This document shows, one piece after another, positions 47,745 to 55,714 of a stretch of 56,472 bases of DNA. Position 1 is the stretch's first letter. Every line of letters starts with the position of its first letter. Both the position numbers and the translations under genes were made by a program. Location: IMG/VR virus record IMGVR_UViG_3300032006_000007, positions 1-56,472 of that record, one strand, 5' to 3'. Origin of the DNA: a virus (taxonomy: Duplodnaviria; Caudoviricetes). The notes beneath the pieces were generated by a model. That model made no database searches and was not told the DNA's origin. It saw only the letters and a list, made by a program, of their open reading frames with translations.

Positions 47745-49442
47745 TTAGAATCCTACCTCTTCTTCTGTTGGTTTGTAGTATTTACCTGCGAGAATGTCTT
47801 GTGCAACTTTACTTAGTCCTTCATATCCTTGTCCTCTTGCATCTTTCAAAATTGGTGAAAAGTCTTTACCAGATTTTTCAACAGTTTCTAGTGCTGCACT
47901 TGGTCTTGGAGTTTCAGTTGTAAAGTTGTGTTGAGATTTTGTAACTAATTCGGCTTTCTCGGATGCTCGCAATCCACCGTTATCAGTGGAAGGTTTGTCA
48001 TCTCCAGATCTATCACTATCCAATCCGGATTGATCTCCTTGTGGATATGGTTTTTCTGGAACCTTTACATTTGCACCTACATCATCTCCACCTTCAGAAC
48101 CTGATGGTTTCAATGGTAAGTCTGTTGGGGTTTCTAGAGCTTTTAATCTTCCATCAATTGATTTGATAGAATCGTGAACGCCAGTTTGACCTTCAGCGAG
48201 TGATTTGATTTGCTCTACGAGAGTGTCGATTGAAGTTTTAATAGCTTCTGATTTGGTTTTCTCTTCATCTTCTCTGTCTTCAGATTTCTCTTCAACAGCG
48301 ACTGATTTAGGTTCTTCCTCATCATGTGCTTTATTTTCTACTTCATTGTCTACAATTTTCTTGTCAGAATCGCTCATGTTATTATTATATTTAACTTTTT
48401 CGGGGTTTATATATTTTTCTGTTTCTGGTTCTTTAACCTCTGAAACTTGGTTTAATATCTCATTTCCTTGTTGTGCTGTATTGTATGCTCCTAAACCTCT
48501 AACTCCCATACCTCTACCTTGAGTTGCTTGATCTTTTTCAATAATATCTCCTTCTTCTGGATTTTTTGGTTGTGGATGACCTGTTCCAGTGAAATCTTCT
48601 TTAATTTTACGTCCAGAGCTGGAATTCTCGTCTACATCTTGATTATACATACCGTGTTGTGTCTGATCAGTCTCAGCATCTGATACGCCTTCTTTACCTT
48701 GATCACTATCATCATCTTTGTTTTTAACGAATGAACCTACTATTTTCTCTGCTTGTTCATGTGTTTTACCATCTGCTACTAGTTTTGCTACTTTACCTTC
48801 AAATGTATCTGCTTCTGTTAGGTTAGCATCTTTAGTTACAGCACATCCAAATTTATCACAATTTATCTTCATCTTACCGTTATCGAGAACCTTTCCTTGA
48901 GTTACTGCTTTTGCCAATGGGTTAAAGTCAGTTATTAATGCTAATGGTACTGCTGGATCTTCACAGACTGCTACTTCATAATGTTCCAAGTCTTTTAGTG
49001 CATATGCTACTGAACCATCCTTCATAGTGATTGGTTCTCTTTCTGCTTTGGTTGCACCACCGAATGACAAGCCTTTATACTCACCACTCTTGATTTTATC
49101 CCAAATCTCATCATCTAGTTCATAATTCTTATGTATTTTACCTGTAATTTTTATAGCTGGTATTTCAGCACCTTCCTCATCTTTAATCTCCAATCTTGCA
49201 AAATTAATACCTTTACCAACTACTCTGTTTGTATGAGTGTCTGTAATAGGTGCCCCTCTATCCATCCAGACAGGTAGGACTTTCATTAACTCATCAGTCA
49301 CTGTAATCTCATTTTGTTTATCTCTCATTTGAACTGTGAGTATTCCCTCAAAGAATCTTTCTTCAGAATTAATTGGTTCTAGACTTTTCGTTAGGGTTTG
49401 CTTAAAAAACAATGGATCCATGTCTATTAACAATTCATTCAT
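47745..49442 (-). CDS. prohead protease fused to scaffold-like acidic region
   Basis: DKQNE, DTHT, YKGLSFGG, EVAVC; probable start MDPLF (about 49421); coiled/acidic C-half. Confidence 0.85.
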   Translation of the reverse strand: MNELLIDMDPLFFKQTLTKSLEPINSEERFFEGILTVQMRDKQNEITVTDELMKVLPVWMDRGAPITDTHTNRVVGKGINFARLEIKDEEGAEIPAIKITGKIHKNYELDDEIWDKIKSGEYKGLSFGGATKAEREPITMKDGSVAYALKDLEHYEVAVCEDPAVPLALITDFNPLAKAVTQGKVLDNGKMKINCDKFGCAVTKDANLTEADTFEGKVAKLVADGKTHEQAEKIVGSFVKNKDDDSDQGKEGVSDAETDQTQHGMYNQDVDENSSSGRKIKEDFTGTGHPQPKNPEEGDIIEKDQATQGRGMGVRGLGAYNTAQQGNEILNQVSEVKEPETEKYINPEKVKYNNNMSDSDKKIVDNEVENKAHDEEEPKSVAVEEKSEDREDEEKTKSEAIKTSIDTLVEQIKSLAEGQTGVHDSIKSIDGRLKALETPTDLPLKPSGSEGGDDVGANVKVPEKPYPQGDQSGLDSDRSGDDKPSTDNGGLRASEKAELVTKSQHNFTTETPRPSAALETVEKSGKDFSPILKDARGQGYEGLSKVAQDILAGKYYKPTEEEVGF

Positions 49443-49473
49443 TAAGTATATAAAGTTTGATAAAAAAAGGGAT

Positions 49474-49507
49474 GTAGGGTGGGTAATTTACCCAAAATAT
49501 TGCCTAC
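49474..49507 (-). other. 3'-UTR bulged stem-loop before T-tract
   Basis: GTAGG/CCTAC enclosing TGGGTA/TACCCA. Confidence 0.5.
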
Positions 49508-49509
49508 TC

Positions 49510-49770
49510 TTACTCTTTCTTTGCCTTTGAAACAGCGAAGTCTGCTGCGAAGCCGGTAGTTAGACCAATTAAGCCTAGACCAACCAAACCAACTCCTTCT
49601 ACTGCAATAGTCTGTGCGACTGCAATTGCAGCAAATGTGGAGATGATTAGAGCACCTGCGAGCTTTCTTGCTGAGTATGCTTGTTCCTCAGAGTTCAAGT
49701 AGCCACGTAAAGTGTTCAAGCCTGCACCAATTACTGCTGCTACAACAGTGATTAATACTGGATCGACCAT
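49510..49770 (-). CDS. small multi-pass membrane protein (holin-like)
   Basis: Three hydrophobic helices, basic C-terminus. Confidence 0.65.
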   Translation of the reverse strand: MVDPVLITVVAAVIGAGLNTLRGYLNSEEQAYSARKLAGALIISTFAAIAVAQTIAVEGVGLVGLGLIGLTTGFAADFAVSKAKKE

Positions 49771-49868
49771 GTCAGCTCAACAGAATACCGTTATATAAAC
49801 TTTATTTAAAAACTAGGCATAGGAAGCAAAACTTATCATGAAACTCTTTTATCCATTCACAAGATCTC

Positions 49869-50090
49869 TTATTTTCTTTTTTTGTCATTCTGTTTACCCC
49901 ATTCTGATGCTTCTTTAGATATAGCAAGACCTGTTACAAAGGCTGCTGAAATTAATGCAATTACTATAGACATTTCAAAAGAAACACCTACATCATATAT
50001 GGATTCGGCTACATTACCACCCACTAATGGAGAGAAAAACGAAACTCCAAAGTTTCCGGATATACGGGCTGCTGATCGTGCTACGTTCAT
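49869..50090 (-). CDS. small membrane protein
   Basis: Two hydrophobic segments, basic tail; TATA upstream. Confidence 0.6.
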   Translation of the reverse strand: MNVARSAARISGNFGVSFFSPLVGGNVAESIYDVGVSFEMSIVIALISAAFVTGLAISKEASEWGKQNDKKRK

Positions 50091-50118
50091 ATAATTATGA
50101 TATATTTCTAGTATATAA

Positions 50119-50322
50119 TTATTTCATCGGTCTTAGGAATTTCTTATCCACCAGTTCTATAAGAATTAACGGATCTGAATTCACGAGGTCAAAAAACAAC
50201 ATATCTGCATTAGATTGTCCTTTATAATGACCACATCTATAACAAATCCAAATATCATGTATATCATCAGTATAACCATACATACGTTTATCACATGATG
50301 AACATTTTATTTCTTCTGTCAT
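50119..50322 (-). CDS. Zn-ribbon protein
   Basis: CSSC...CYRCG. Confidence 0.65.
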   Translation of the reverse strand: MTEEIKCSSCDKRMYGYTDDIHDIWICYRCGHYKGQSNADMLFFDLVNSDPLILIELVDKKFLRPMK

Positions 50323-50368
50323 ATCGAAAAAGGGAATCGTTTATTAATAAGTTTTCCCTTGAATTCTT

Positions 50369-50803
50369 ATGGCTACAACATTCCATGTATATGATTCTTT
50401 TAGTACATATAGAGCTGTATATAAAAACAAATCTGATTCTATTTTATTTGAAACAGATGTAAAAGATTTCTATATTAAAGGAGAGAAACTCTGGATAGTT
50501 ACAAATACAAATTTAGAAAAAGAAAGACCAGACCTTAGTAGATCAATAGTTCATTTTAGAAACAATGATATTAGTAAATGGGAAGAAGGTGATGAAAAAT
50601 TAGTAAAGTATGATGAATCTAGATATAATCCTAAAACAGATCAAATAGAATTCTGTACAAGGCGTTTTAGAAAACCAATGATGGTAATGAGAGTTGGTAG
50701 ATTCCATGGTGATAGACCAAAAAAACCTGTAAAATTAGATTGGTCATATAGAATGTATGATTTAAGTTTAGATAGGATAAATCTGGTGTTATGCAATGGT
50801 TAA
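50369..50803 (+). CDS. hypothetical protein
   Basis: 144 aa; shares a divergent TTTATTAATAA promoter region with 50119..50322. Confidence 0.7.
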   Translation: MATTFHVYDSFSTYRAVYKNKSDSILFETDVKDFYIKGEKLWIVTNTNLEKERPDLSRSIVHFRNNDISKWEEGDEKLVKYDESRYNPKTDQIEFCTRRFRKPMMVMRVGRFHGDRPKKPVKLDWSYRMYDLSLDRINLVLCNG

Positions 50804-50969
50804 TCTTGATTTTTTATCTTTAAAGTCTTTGGGTTTAACAAATTATAAGTTAGATGAAATAGCCGATAGATTAGAAACAATTCAAAAATTATTAGAGTTG
50901 TTATTAACTCCACCAGATCTTAAAGAATATGATAAATGGAAATTAGAAAAAAGAAAAGGTTTAGATTAA
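50796..50969 (+). CDS. 57-aa hypothetical protein (not in ORF track)
   Basis: MVNLDFLSLKSLG..LDEIADRLETIQKLLELLLTPPDL... Confidence 0.6.
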   Translation: MVNLDFLSLKSLGLTNYKLDEIADRLETIQKLLELLLTPPDLKEYDKWKLEKRKGLD

Positions 50970-51109
50970 AACTTTGCTTTACATCCTTTACAAGTTGAGT
51001 AACCTTTTGAATGACCATCATTCTTACCCCAAGTCCATGTATAACCTGCCTTCTTTTTACATTTAGGACAAGCCTGTATAGGATAATTACCTGAACCCCA
51101 ATCACTCAT
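50966..51109 (-). CDS. 47-aa Zn-ribbon microprotein (not in ORF track)
   Basis: MSDWGSGNYPIQACPKC...TCKGCKAKF; ATGA overlap. Confidence 0.7.
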   Translation of the reverse strand: MSDWGSGNYPIQACPKCKKKAGYTWTWGKNDGHSKGYSTCKGCKAKF

Positions 51110-51549
51110 CTCTTATTACCTAACTCCTTACTCATTATATGCATCCAATCTTTACCATGTTTCTTTTTCATCCTTAACCAAAATGGATCTGCACCAAACA
51201 TACCACCTTTCTTATTATAATCTTTCATTACTTTGGCTATTCTTCCATGACAAGTTTTACAGAACCTAGCATTAATTTGTTCAATGTTAAATTTATATTT
51301 ACCACAAAAATAACATAGACCATAATACTTGTCTGTTATTTTAGCTAAAAGTGGTTCTCTACCTCTTTTACCTGCACAGTCTCCACAAATATCACATATG
51401 GTTGCAATAGACACATCTCTCTTAAAACAATTTATACAAATAGCTTCTTTGTAGTTATCTACATGGGTATATTCATCTGCTTGATGTTTATCCCATAGCT
51501 TTTTTGTTAGATCGTTTGATTGTGAATTATTATCTAATTTTGTTGCCAT
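51106..51549 (-). CDS. Cys-rich Zn-finger protein
   Basis: Four CxxC pairs. Confidence 0.7.
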   Translation of the reverse strand: MATKLDNNSQSNDLTKKLWDKHQADEYTHVDNYKEAICINCFKRDVSIATICDICGDCAGKRGREPLLAKITDKYYGLCYFCGKYKFNIEQINARFCKTCHGRIAKVMKDYNKKGGMFGADPFWLRMKKKHGKDWMHIMSKELGNKR

Positions 51550-51770
51550 TATTGACCTGCCAATTTGATTTGTTTAATTGCGTTCTGTAGAATAACAAAG
51601 CCGTTGCTACAACTATAATGATCAACACATTTCTGTGGTACGAGTTCTTCTAGTTCTTTCAAAGAATCTATAACAAGTTTATAGTTATCAGCTTTGTTAA
51701 TAGGCTTAACAACTGCCTTCTCTATTTTCTCTTCTGCTTCTTTATTCTTCTTTTTCTTCCGGAATACCAT
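51549..51770 (-). CDS. hypothetical protein
   Basis: Overlaps the portal 3' end; coupled to the next gene. Confidence 0.55.
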   Translation of the reverse strand: MVFRKKKKNKEAEEKIEKAVVKPINKADNYKLVIDSLKELEELVPQKCVDHYSCSNGFVILQNAIKQIKLAGQ

Positions 51771-53730
51771 CTTCCCACCTCCTTTGTTCTCCTAGTTCAT
51801 TCTTTACACATTCTCTTGCTTGACGTACTGTCATACGTGCTACTTTTCTAAGTTGTTCAACTGTTTTGGTTTTTGTCCAACCATAATCCAGTGAATTCTG
51901 TAAAGTATTTTTTACTAGTTCAAAATTATCTGGTGTAATACCATCTTTGAATTTTGATGTTAAATCTAAATCACCTTTTCTTCTTACAGATGCTGCTGGT
52001 TTCTTTTCTGGTGATCCTTGTAACATACCACCTTCTCTTGATGGTCTTTGATGTTTTGGTTCACCTTCAAATCTTTGTTGTTCTTCTTTAGGTGCAGCAG
52101 TACCTCTACCACGTCCACCCGGTTTCTTTGTTGGTTCACCTTCGGCTGCCATCATATCTGTAATTGATATAACTGGATCTTTACTCACTTTGAATTCACC
52201 TGTGTGTGTTCTTGTAATTTCAAATCCTAAATTCTGTAATGCAGTCATGTTTTCAATCTCTACACCTTGAATTTGTAGATCTCTTAGTTTATCTGTCTCT
52301 TCACCTGTCTTTAATTTCAAATCCCAATCATCAACACCTTGTAATAATGCTAATTTCTTTAAGAATGATTGTTGTAATACATCTTGTGCCCATTTAACTG
52401 CTCTGTTGGTGATAGTTACTTGCAGACCTTCTTGTGACCAACCAGTAGGAAGTTCACCAAAGTATAAAGGTAACACACCATATACTGCACCGATGATCAT
52501 TCTTAATTCTTTTCTAATTGCTGTAAATTCTAATTCTTTTAATGAGCCTGTAAAGTCTAACCACTGTGCCATGTTCTTTCCACCTTTATCACTTTCTACA
52601 AGTAATGGGTGAATCATGTAAGGATCTTCTGTTGCTTTCTGTTCTAATGCATCCCATGATTTTCTAAATGTTTCATAGTTACGAGAAGCAATAACTAACA
52701 TACCTCTTGGTGGTCTCATCTTATCAAAGTATTTTCTAATATACTCATCCATATGTGATAGAGCCATAACTTTAGACCAAATGGAATAAATTGGTGAAAA
52801 TCCATAAATCAAGCCCGGTTTGTATTTACCTGCTTTCCAAATAATTTCTCCTTGACCATAGATAACTCTCTTTGGTTGTGGTATACCTACAGAATAAACA
52901 GAGTTAACTTCTGCAACTGCTTTCAATGCTCTACTATCACAACGGTCACATCTATCAGTCGTTAGACGTTTATCTCTGTGCTCAAAACGTGGGCACACGA
53001 AAACGGGGTTGTGTTTATCATCATAGCCAATTCTACCATCACTATCAGCAATCATAGCAACTTGTGGTGGATCAATGCGAAGCAGTTCTTTTATCTCAGT
53101 CTTTTTCGGATCAATTTCGCCTGTACTATCATTAATAAAATAATTTTTCAAAACAAGCAGGTATGCGTTGTCGGCTATTTCCAAATCTCGTTCAAGCTGT
53201 CTAGCGATGTCCTCGAGGGTTTGTTCGTTTCCATTAACCGGTGTATTCAATAAATTCTCTAAAATCTTTCTATGCTCTGGATCTGGTCTAATTAAATCAG
53301 TAGAACCACAATTATCACATTGTAATTGTTGAGCCGTAGGCAAAGCCTTATTGGTTCTGTCTGAGCCAATTGCCGGATGCAAACTCTCGTTGGTTTCGTG
53401 AGGTTGGTCATCTGCAACATTATCTGCTAAAGGCTTGTATTGGAACTCTTTAGCACAAACTGTGCATTTATATTTGAATTTCTCTGTAATCTCAAATCCA
53501 TTCTTGAAAATCTCACGATTCAAGGTTTCGATTGGAATTCTGAGAGAATCTATGTTATCTGCTAATTCATAAATCATAATTAATGGGAATGGAAATATCG
53601 GGAGTTTAGCACCAGTATCGGTACTCATATAAGGTTGAGCAATAGAAGGTCTTACTGTGGTTTCACTATAAGATTTATTTATTCCTCTAAGGCTTTTAAA
53701 GGCATTCGTTAAATTCTCTTTAAATCCCAT
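51742..53730 (-). CDS. portal protein with Zn-ribbon insertions
   Basis: DLEIADNAY, YGFSP, PPRGML, IGAVYGV; upstream of protease/capsid genes. Confidence 0.9.
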   Translation of the reverse strand: MGFKENLTNAFKSLRGINKSYSETTVRPSIAQPYMSTDTGAKLPIFPFPLIMIYELADNIDSLRIPIETLNREIFKNGFEITEKFKYKCTVCAKEFQYKPLADNVADDQPHETNESLHPAIGSDRTNKALPTAQQLQCDNCGSTDLIRPDPEHRKILENLLNTPVNGNEQTLEDIARQLERDLEIADNAYLLVLKNYFINDSTGEIDPKKTEIKELLRIDPPQVAMIADSDGRIGYDDKHNPVFVCPRFEHRDKRLTTDRCDRCDSRALKAVAEVNSVYSVGIPQPKRVIYGQGEIIWKAGKYKPGLIYGFSPIYSIWSKVMALSHMDEYIRKYFDKMRPPRGMLVIASRNYETFRKSWDALEQKATEDPYMIHPLLVESDKGGKNMAQWLDFTGSLKELEFTAIRKELRMIIGAVYGVLPLYFGELPTGWSQEGLQVTITNRAVKWAQDVLQQSFLKKLALLQGVDDWDLKLKTGEETDKLRDLQIQGVEIENMTALQNLGFEITRTHTGEFKVSKDPVISITDMMAAEGEPTKKPGGRGRGTAAPKEEQQRFEGEPKHQRPSREGGMLQGSPEKKPAASVRRKGDLDLTSKFKDGITPDNFELVKNTLQNSLDYGWTKTKTVEQLRKVARMTVRQARECVKNELGEQRRWEDGIPEEKEE

Positions 53731-53792
53731 GCATAATTCTTAATGTTAGTGTATATAAACTTTGTTAAAAAAATGTTAAAAAAGTGTAACGT

Positions 53793-53945
53793 TTACGCAC
53801 AATTACATTCTTTATCATAGCATTCTACACATCTGGCTTCAGAGGTGCATACGCAACAACTTTTCTCTTCTGGTACTCGATTATCGATAGAAGATACACT
53901 TGTAGTTGTTCCTTCTAACACTGTTTCATTATTTTCCTCAGACAT
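53793..53945 (-). CDS. 50-aa metallothionein-like Cys-rich protein (not in ORF track)
   Basis: MSEENNETVLEGTTTSVSSIDNRVPEEKSCCVCTSEARCVECYDKECNCA; TTTATATA about 23 nt upstream, T-tracts downstream. Confidence 0.65.
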   Translation of the reverse strand: MSEENNETVLEGTTTSVSSIDNRVPEEKSCCVCTSEARCVECYDKECNCA

Positions 53946-53979
53946 TAAACTTTAAAAACAATCTGTCTATATAAAGATT

Positions 53980-54041
53980 AGTAGTGGTGTGAGCTTTAGC
54001 ATTCTGCAAACGCAGAGGACTGGTGTTGCGAGCCAGCTACT
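53980..54041. ncRNA. candidate small structured RNA
   Basis: GC-rich island; AGTAG/CTACT closing stem, TCTGC/GCAGA and CTGG/CCAG hairpins; flanked by TATA-like sites. Confidence 0.45.
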
Positions 54042-54076
54042 TTAAAGTATTTATAAGTGTATATATTTAAAAAAAC

Positions 54077-54292
54077 ATGGAAGAGATAATAGGTGCAGGT
54101 GCTAATTTCTTTTTAAAGTGTTTTAAGCATCAAACACCTGATGAAGTTCCATATATGAACCCTGAAGAGTTAGATACATTTTTAGGTGCATTTGCAGGTC
54201 TACTCGAAGCATTAGCCGGAATAGTAAAAGATGAAAACCCTGAACAGTATCGTATGATGGTTCTTGCTTTAGAGAAGGTGGCGTTAAAATAG
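54077..54292 (+). CDS. hypothetical protein
   Basis: 71 aa; TTTATAAG upstream. Confidence 0.65.
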   Translation: MEEIIGAGANFFLKCFKHQTPDEVPYMNPEELDTFLGAFAGLLEALAGIVKDENPEQYRMMVLALEKVALK

Positions 54293-54450
54293 TAGACTTT
54301 GATACAAAAGACTATGAAGAACTATTAAATTGGTTTAGTCTAGCATTCGGTAAAGATAGTCCAACAAACATAAGCCGTCAGGCTAAAAGAACTTTTTGGA
54401 AGTTGACGTTCCTATGCGAAGACAGACTTCGCGAGGAGAAGGAAGAATGA
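54289..54450 (+). CDS. 53-aa hypothetical protein, apparent ATA start (not in ORF track)
   Basis: (I)VDFDTKDYEELLNWFSLAFGK...KRTFWKLTFLCED; no in-frame ATG; AAGGTGG upstream; overlaps both neighbours. Confidence 0.6.
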   Translation: MVDFDTKDYEELLNWFSLAFGKDSPTNISRQAKRTFWKLTFLCEDRLREEKEE

Positions 54451-54572
54451 TTACTTATCGCTGTCCTCATTGTAAGTGGAAGTTCGAGGGAACAATTGAT
54501 AAGATTTATGTGATATTAAAACATCACAGTAAACATGAGCAAACATTTATAAAGCCCAAGCCTGTTGATTAA
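54447..54572 (+). CDS. 41-aa C2H2-like microprotein (not in ORF track)
   Basis: YRCPHCKWKF...KHHSKH. Confidence 0.6.
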   Translation: MITYRCPHCKWKFEGTIDKIYVILKHHSKHEQTFIKPKPVD

Positions 54573-54574
54573 CC

Positions 54575-55114
54575 ATGGAAATTTCTTTTGAAACAAAAAA
54601 CTTAGACCAAAAGCTTTATCAAAAAATGATATTACATTATATTTATGAACACTACCATTATAAAGACTATGAAAGACTTCGGGCGCAAGATACATGGAAA
54701 ATCATTATAAAGGATGTTAAGATGTTTGATCAATCATTTTATCATGGAGCCAACCAAGATAATTTAGATTATTCTATTCCTCATGGGGTTACTGGACTTG
54801 GTGATATAACTTGTTACTTGATAGATTCCGAAAACCCTCTAGTTCGTTTACAGAACATGAGTGTTATATGTCATGAGCTTGCTCATATGATATTAATGAT
54901 ATATTACCCTGATGCTATTACTAAGCAGAGATATGATGACTTTTATGGTAAAGCAGGTACGGATCGTAAATTTTTCAGCTCTGAGGTACATGATAGGGTT
55001 GCCGAAGGCAGAATCAAACAATTTGCTTACCCCCTCAAACGCTTTCAGCGTGTAAAGTATGTAGGTGTTGATATAGCAGACTTGACTAATGGGAGAAATG
55101 TTATAAATGTCTAG
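54575..55114 (+). CDS. HExxH zincin-like metallopeptidase
   Basis: ICHELAH; downstream EVH. Confidence 0.6.
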   Translation: MEISFETKNLDQKLYQKMILHYIYEHYHYKDYERLRAQDTWKIIIKDVKMFDQSFYHGANQDNLDYSIPHGVTGLGDITCYLIDSENPLVRLQNMSVICHELAHMILMIYYPDAITKQRYDDFYGKAGTDRKFFSSEVHDRVAEGRIKQFAYPLKRFQRVKYVGVDIADLTNGRNVINV

Positions 55115-55319
55115 AGAAAGAAAAAAGCCAAAGTCTACAAGGTTAGGTAATAAAATAATAGGTGCTTGTATATGTGTTGCTTGTACTGAACCATTTAATA
55201 ATCATAGTAAAAGAGATTTGATAAGATGTATATTCAGAATCCAAGGAACTCTTGTCAGCGACGGAATTGAAAACGAAGCACCCGAACAAGTGAAAGGATT
55301 CAATACAGGTGTAGGATAA
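55107..55319 (+). CDS. small Zn-binding protein
   Basis: CVAC..HSKRDLIRC. Confidence 0.65.
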   Translation: MSRERKKPKSTRLGNKIIGACICVACTEPFNNHSKRDLIRCIFRIQGTLVSDGIENEAPEQVKGFNTGVG

Positions 55320-55414
55320 TGAAACTTTTCCAAAAGCACCCCGAATTATATATGATTGTCATACCAGCTATCGCTGTTCCGATTATGTTAGGAGTTACTC
55401 TTCTGGTGATGTGA
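55319..55414 (+). CDS. 31-aa membrane peptide (not in ORF track)
   Basis: MKLFQKHPELYMIVIPAIAVPIMLGVTLLVM; TAATG and TGATG overlaps. Confidence 0.5.
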   Translation: MKLFQKHPELYMIVIPAIAVPIMLGVTLLVM

Positions 55415-55530
55415 TGATGTATACAAGTAGAGATTTCGAAATGAATCAGTTTTTTGGAAAACTCTGTAAAAAATGTAAGGTACGCTTCAAAGCAGTTAAA
55501 TGTCCGTTGTGTGGCACCCGTGACTATTAA
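55414..55530 (+). CDS. 38-aa Zn-ribbon microprotein (not in ORF track)
   Basis: CKKC...CPLCG. Confidence 0.6.
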   Translation: MMYTSRDFEMNQFFGKLCKKCKVRFKAVKCPLCGTRDY

Positions 55531-55714
55531 GCCCCGGATTTGTATCTACGATTTGTAATTTTGAAAAGTTTCAAATTTTGAATTTTCGCCATATCGACCA
55601 GCTACCAAATATCAAGATTCTATACAGTATGGAAATAGTTTGAATTCGTGCCTAACTTTATTTTATTTCGTGCCTGTAATTATTGCTTATATTACACAAA
55701 AACAATACTAACTC

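Noticed and set aside
13593-49530. Many plus-strand ORFs antisense to mcm, tail, capsid and protease genes, and minus-strand ORFs in 1.7-8.8 kb
   Set aside because: Shadow frames of well-supported genes, with no motifs or expression signals.
50920-51105. Listed 61-aa ORF
   Set aside because: Another frame (50966-51109) gives a coupled Zn-ribbon protein.
53763-53789. TGTTAAAAAA tandem repeat as an iteron
   Set aside because: More simply the T-tract terminator of the upstream Cys-rich gene plus the portal promoter flank.
53980-54041. tRNA gene
   Set aside because: Too short, with no TTCRA T-loop, D-loop GG context or 7-nt anticodon arm. Kept only as a generic structured element.
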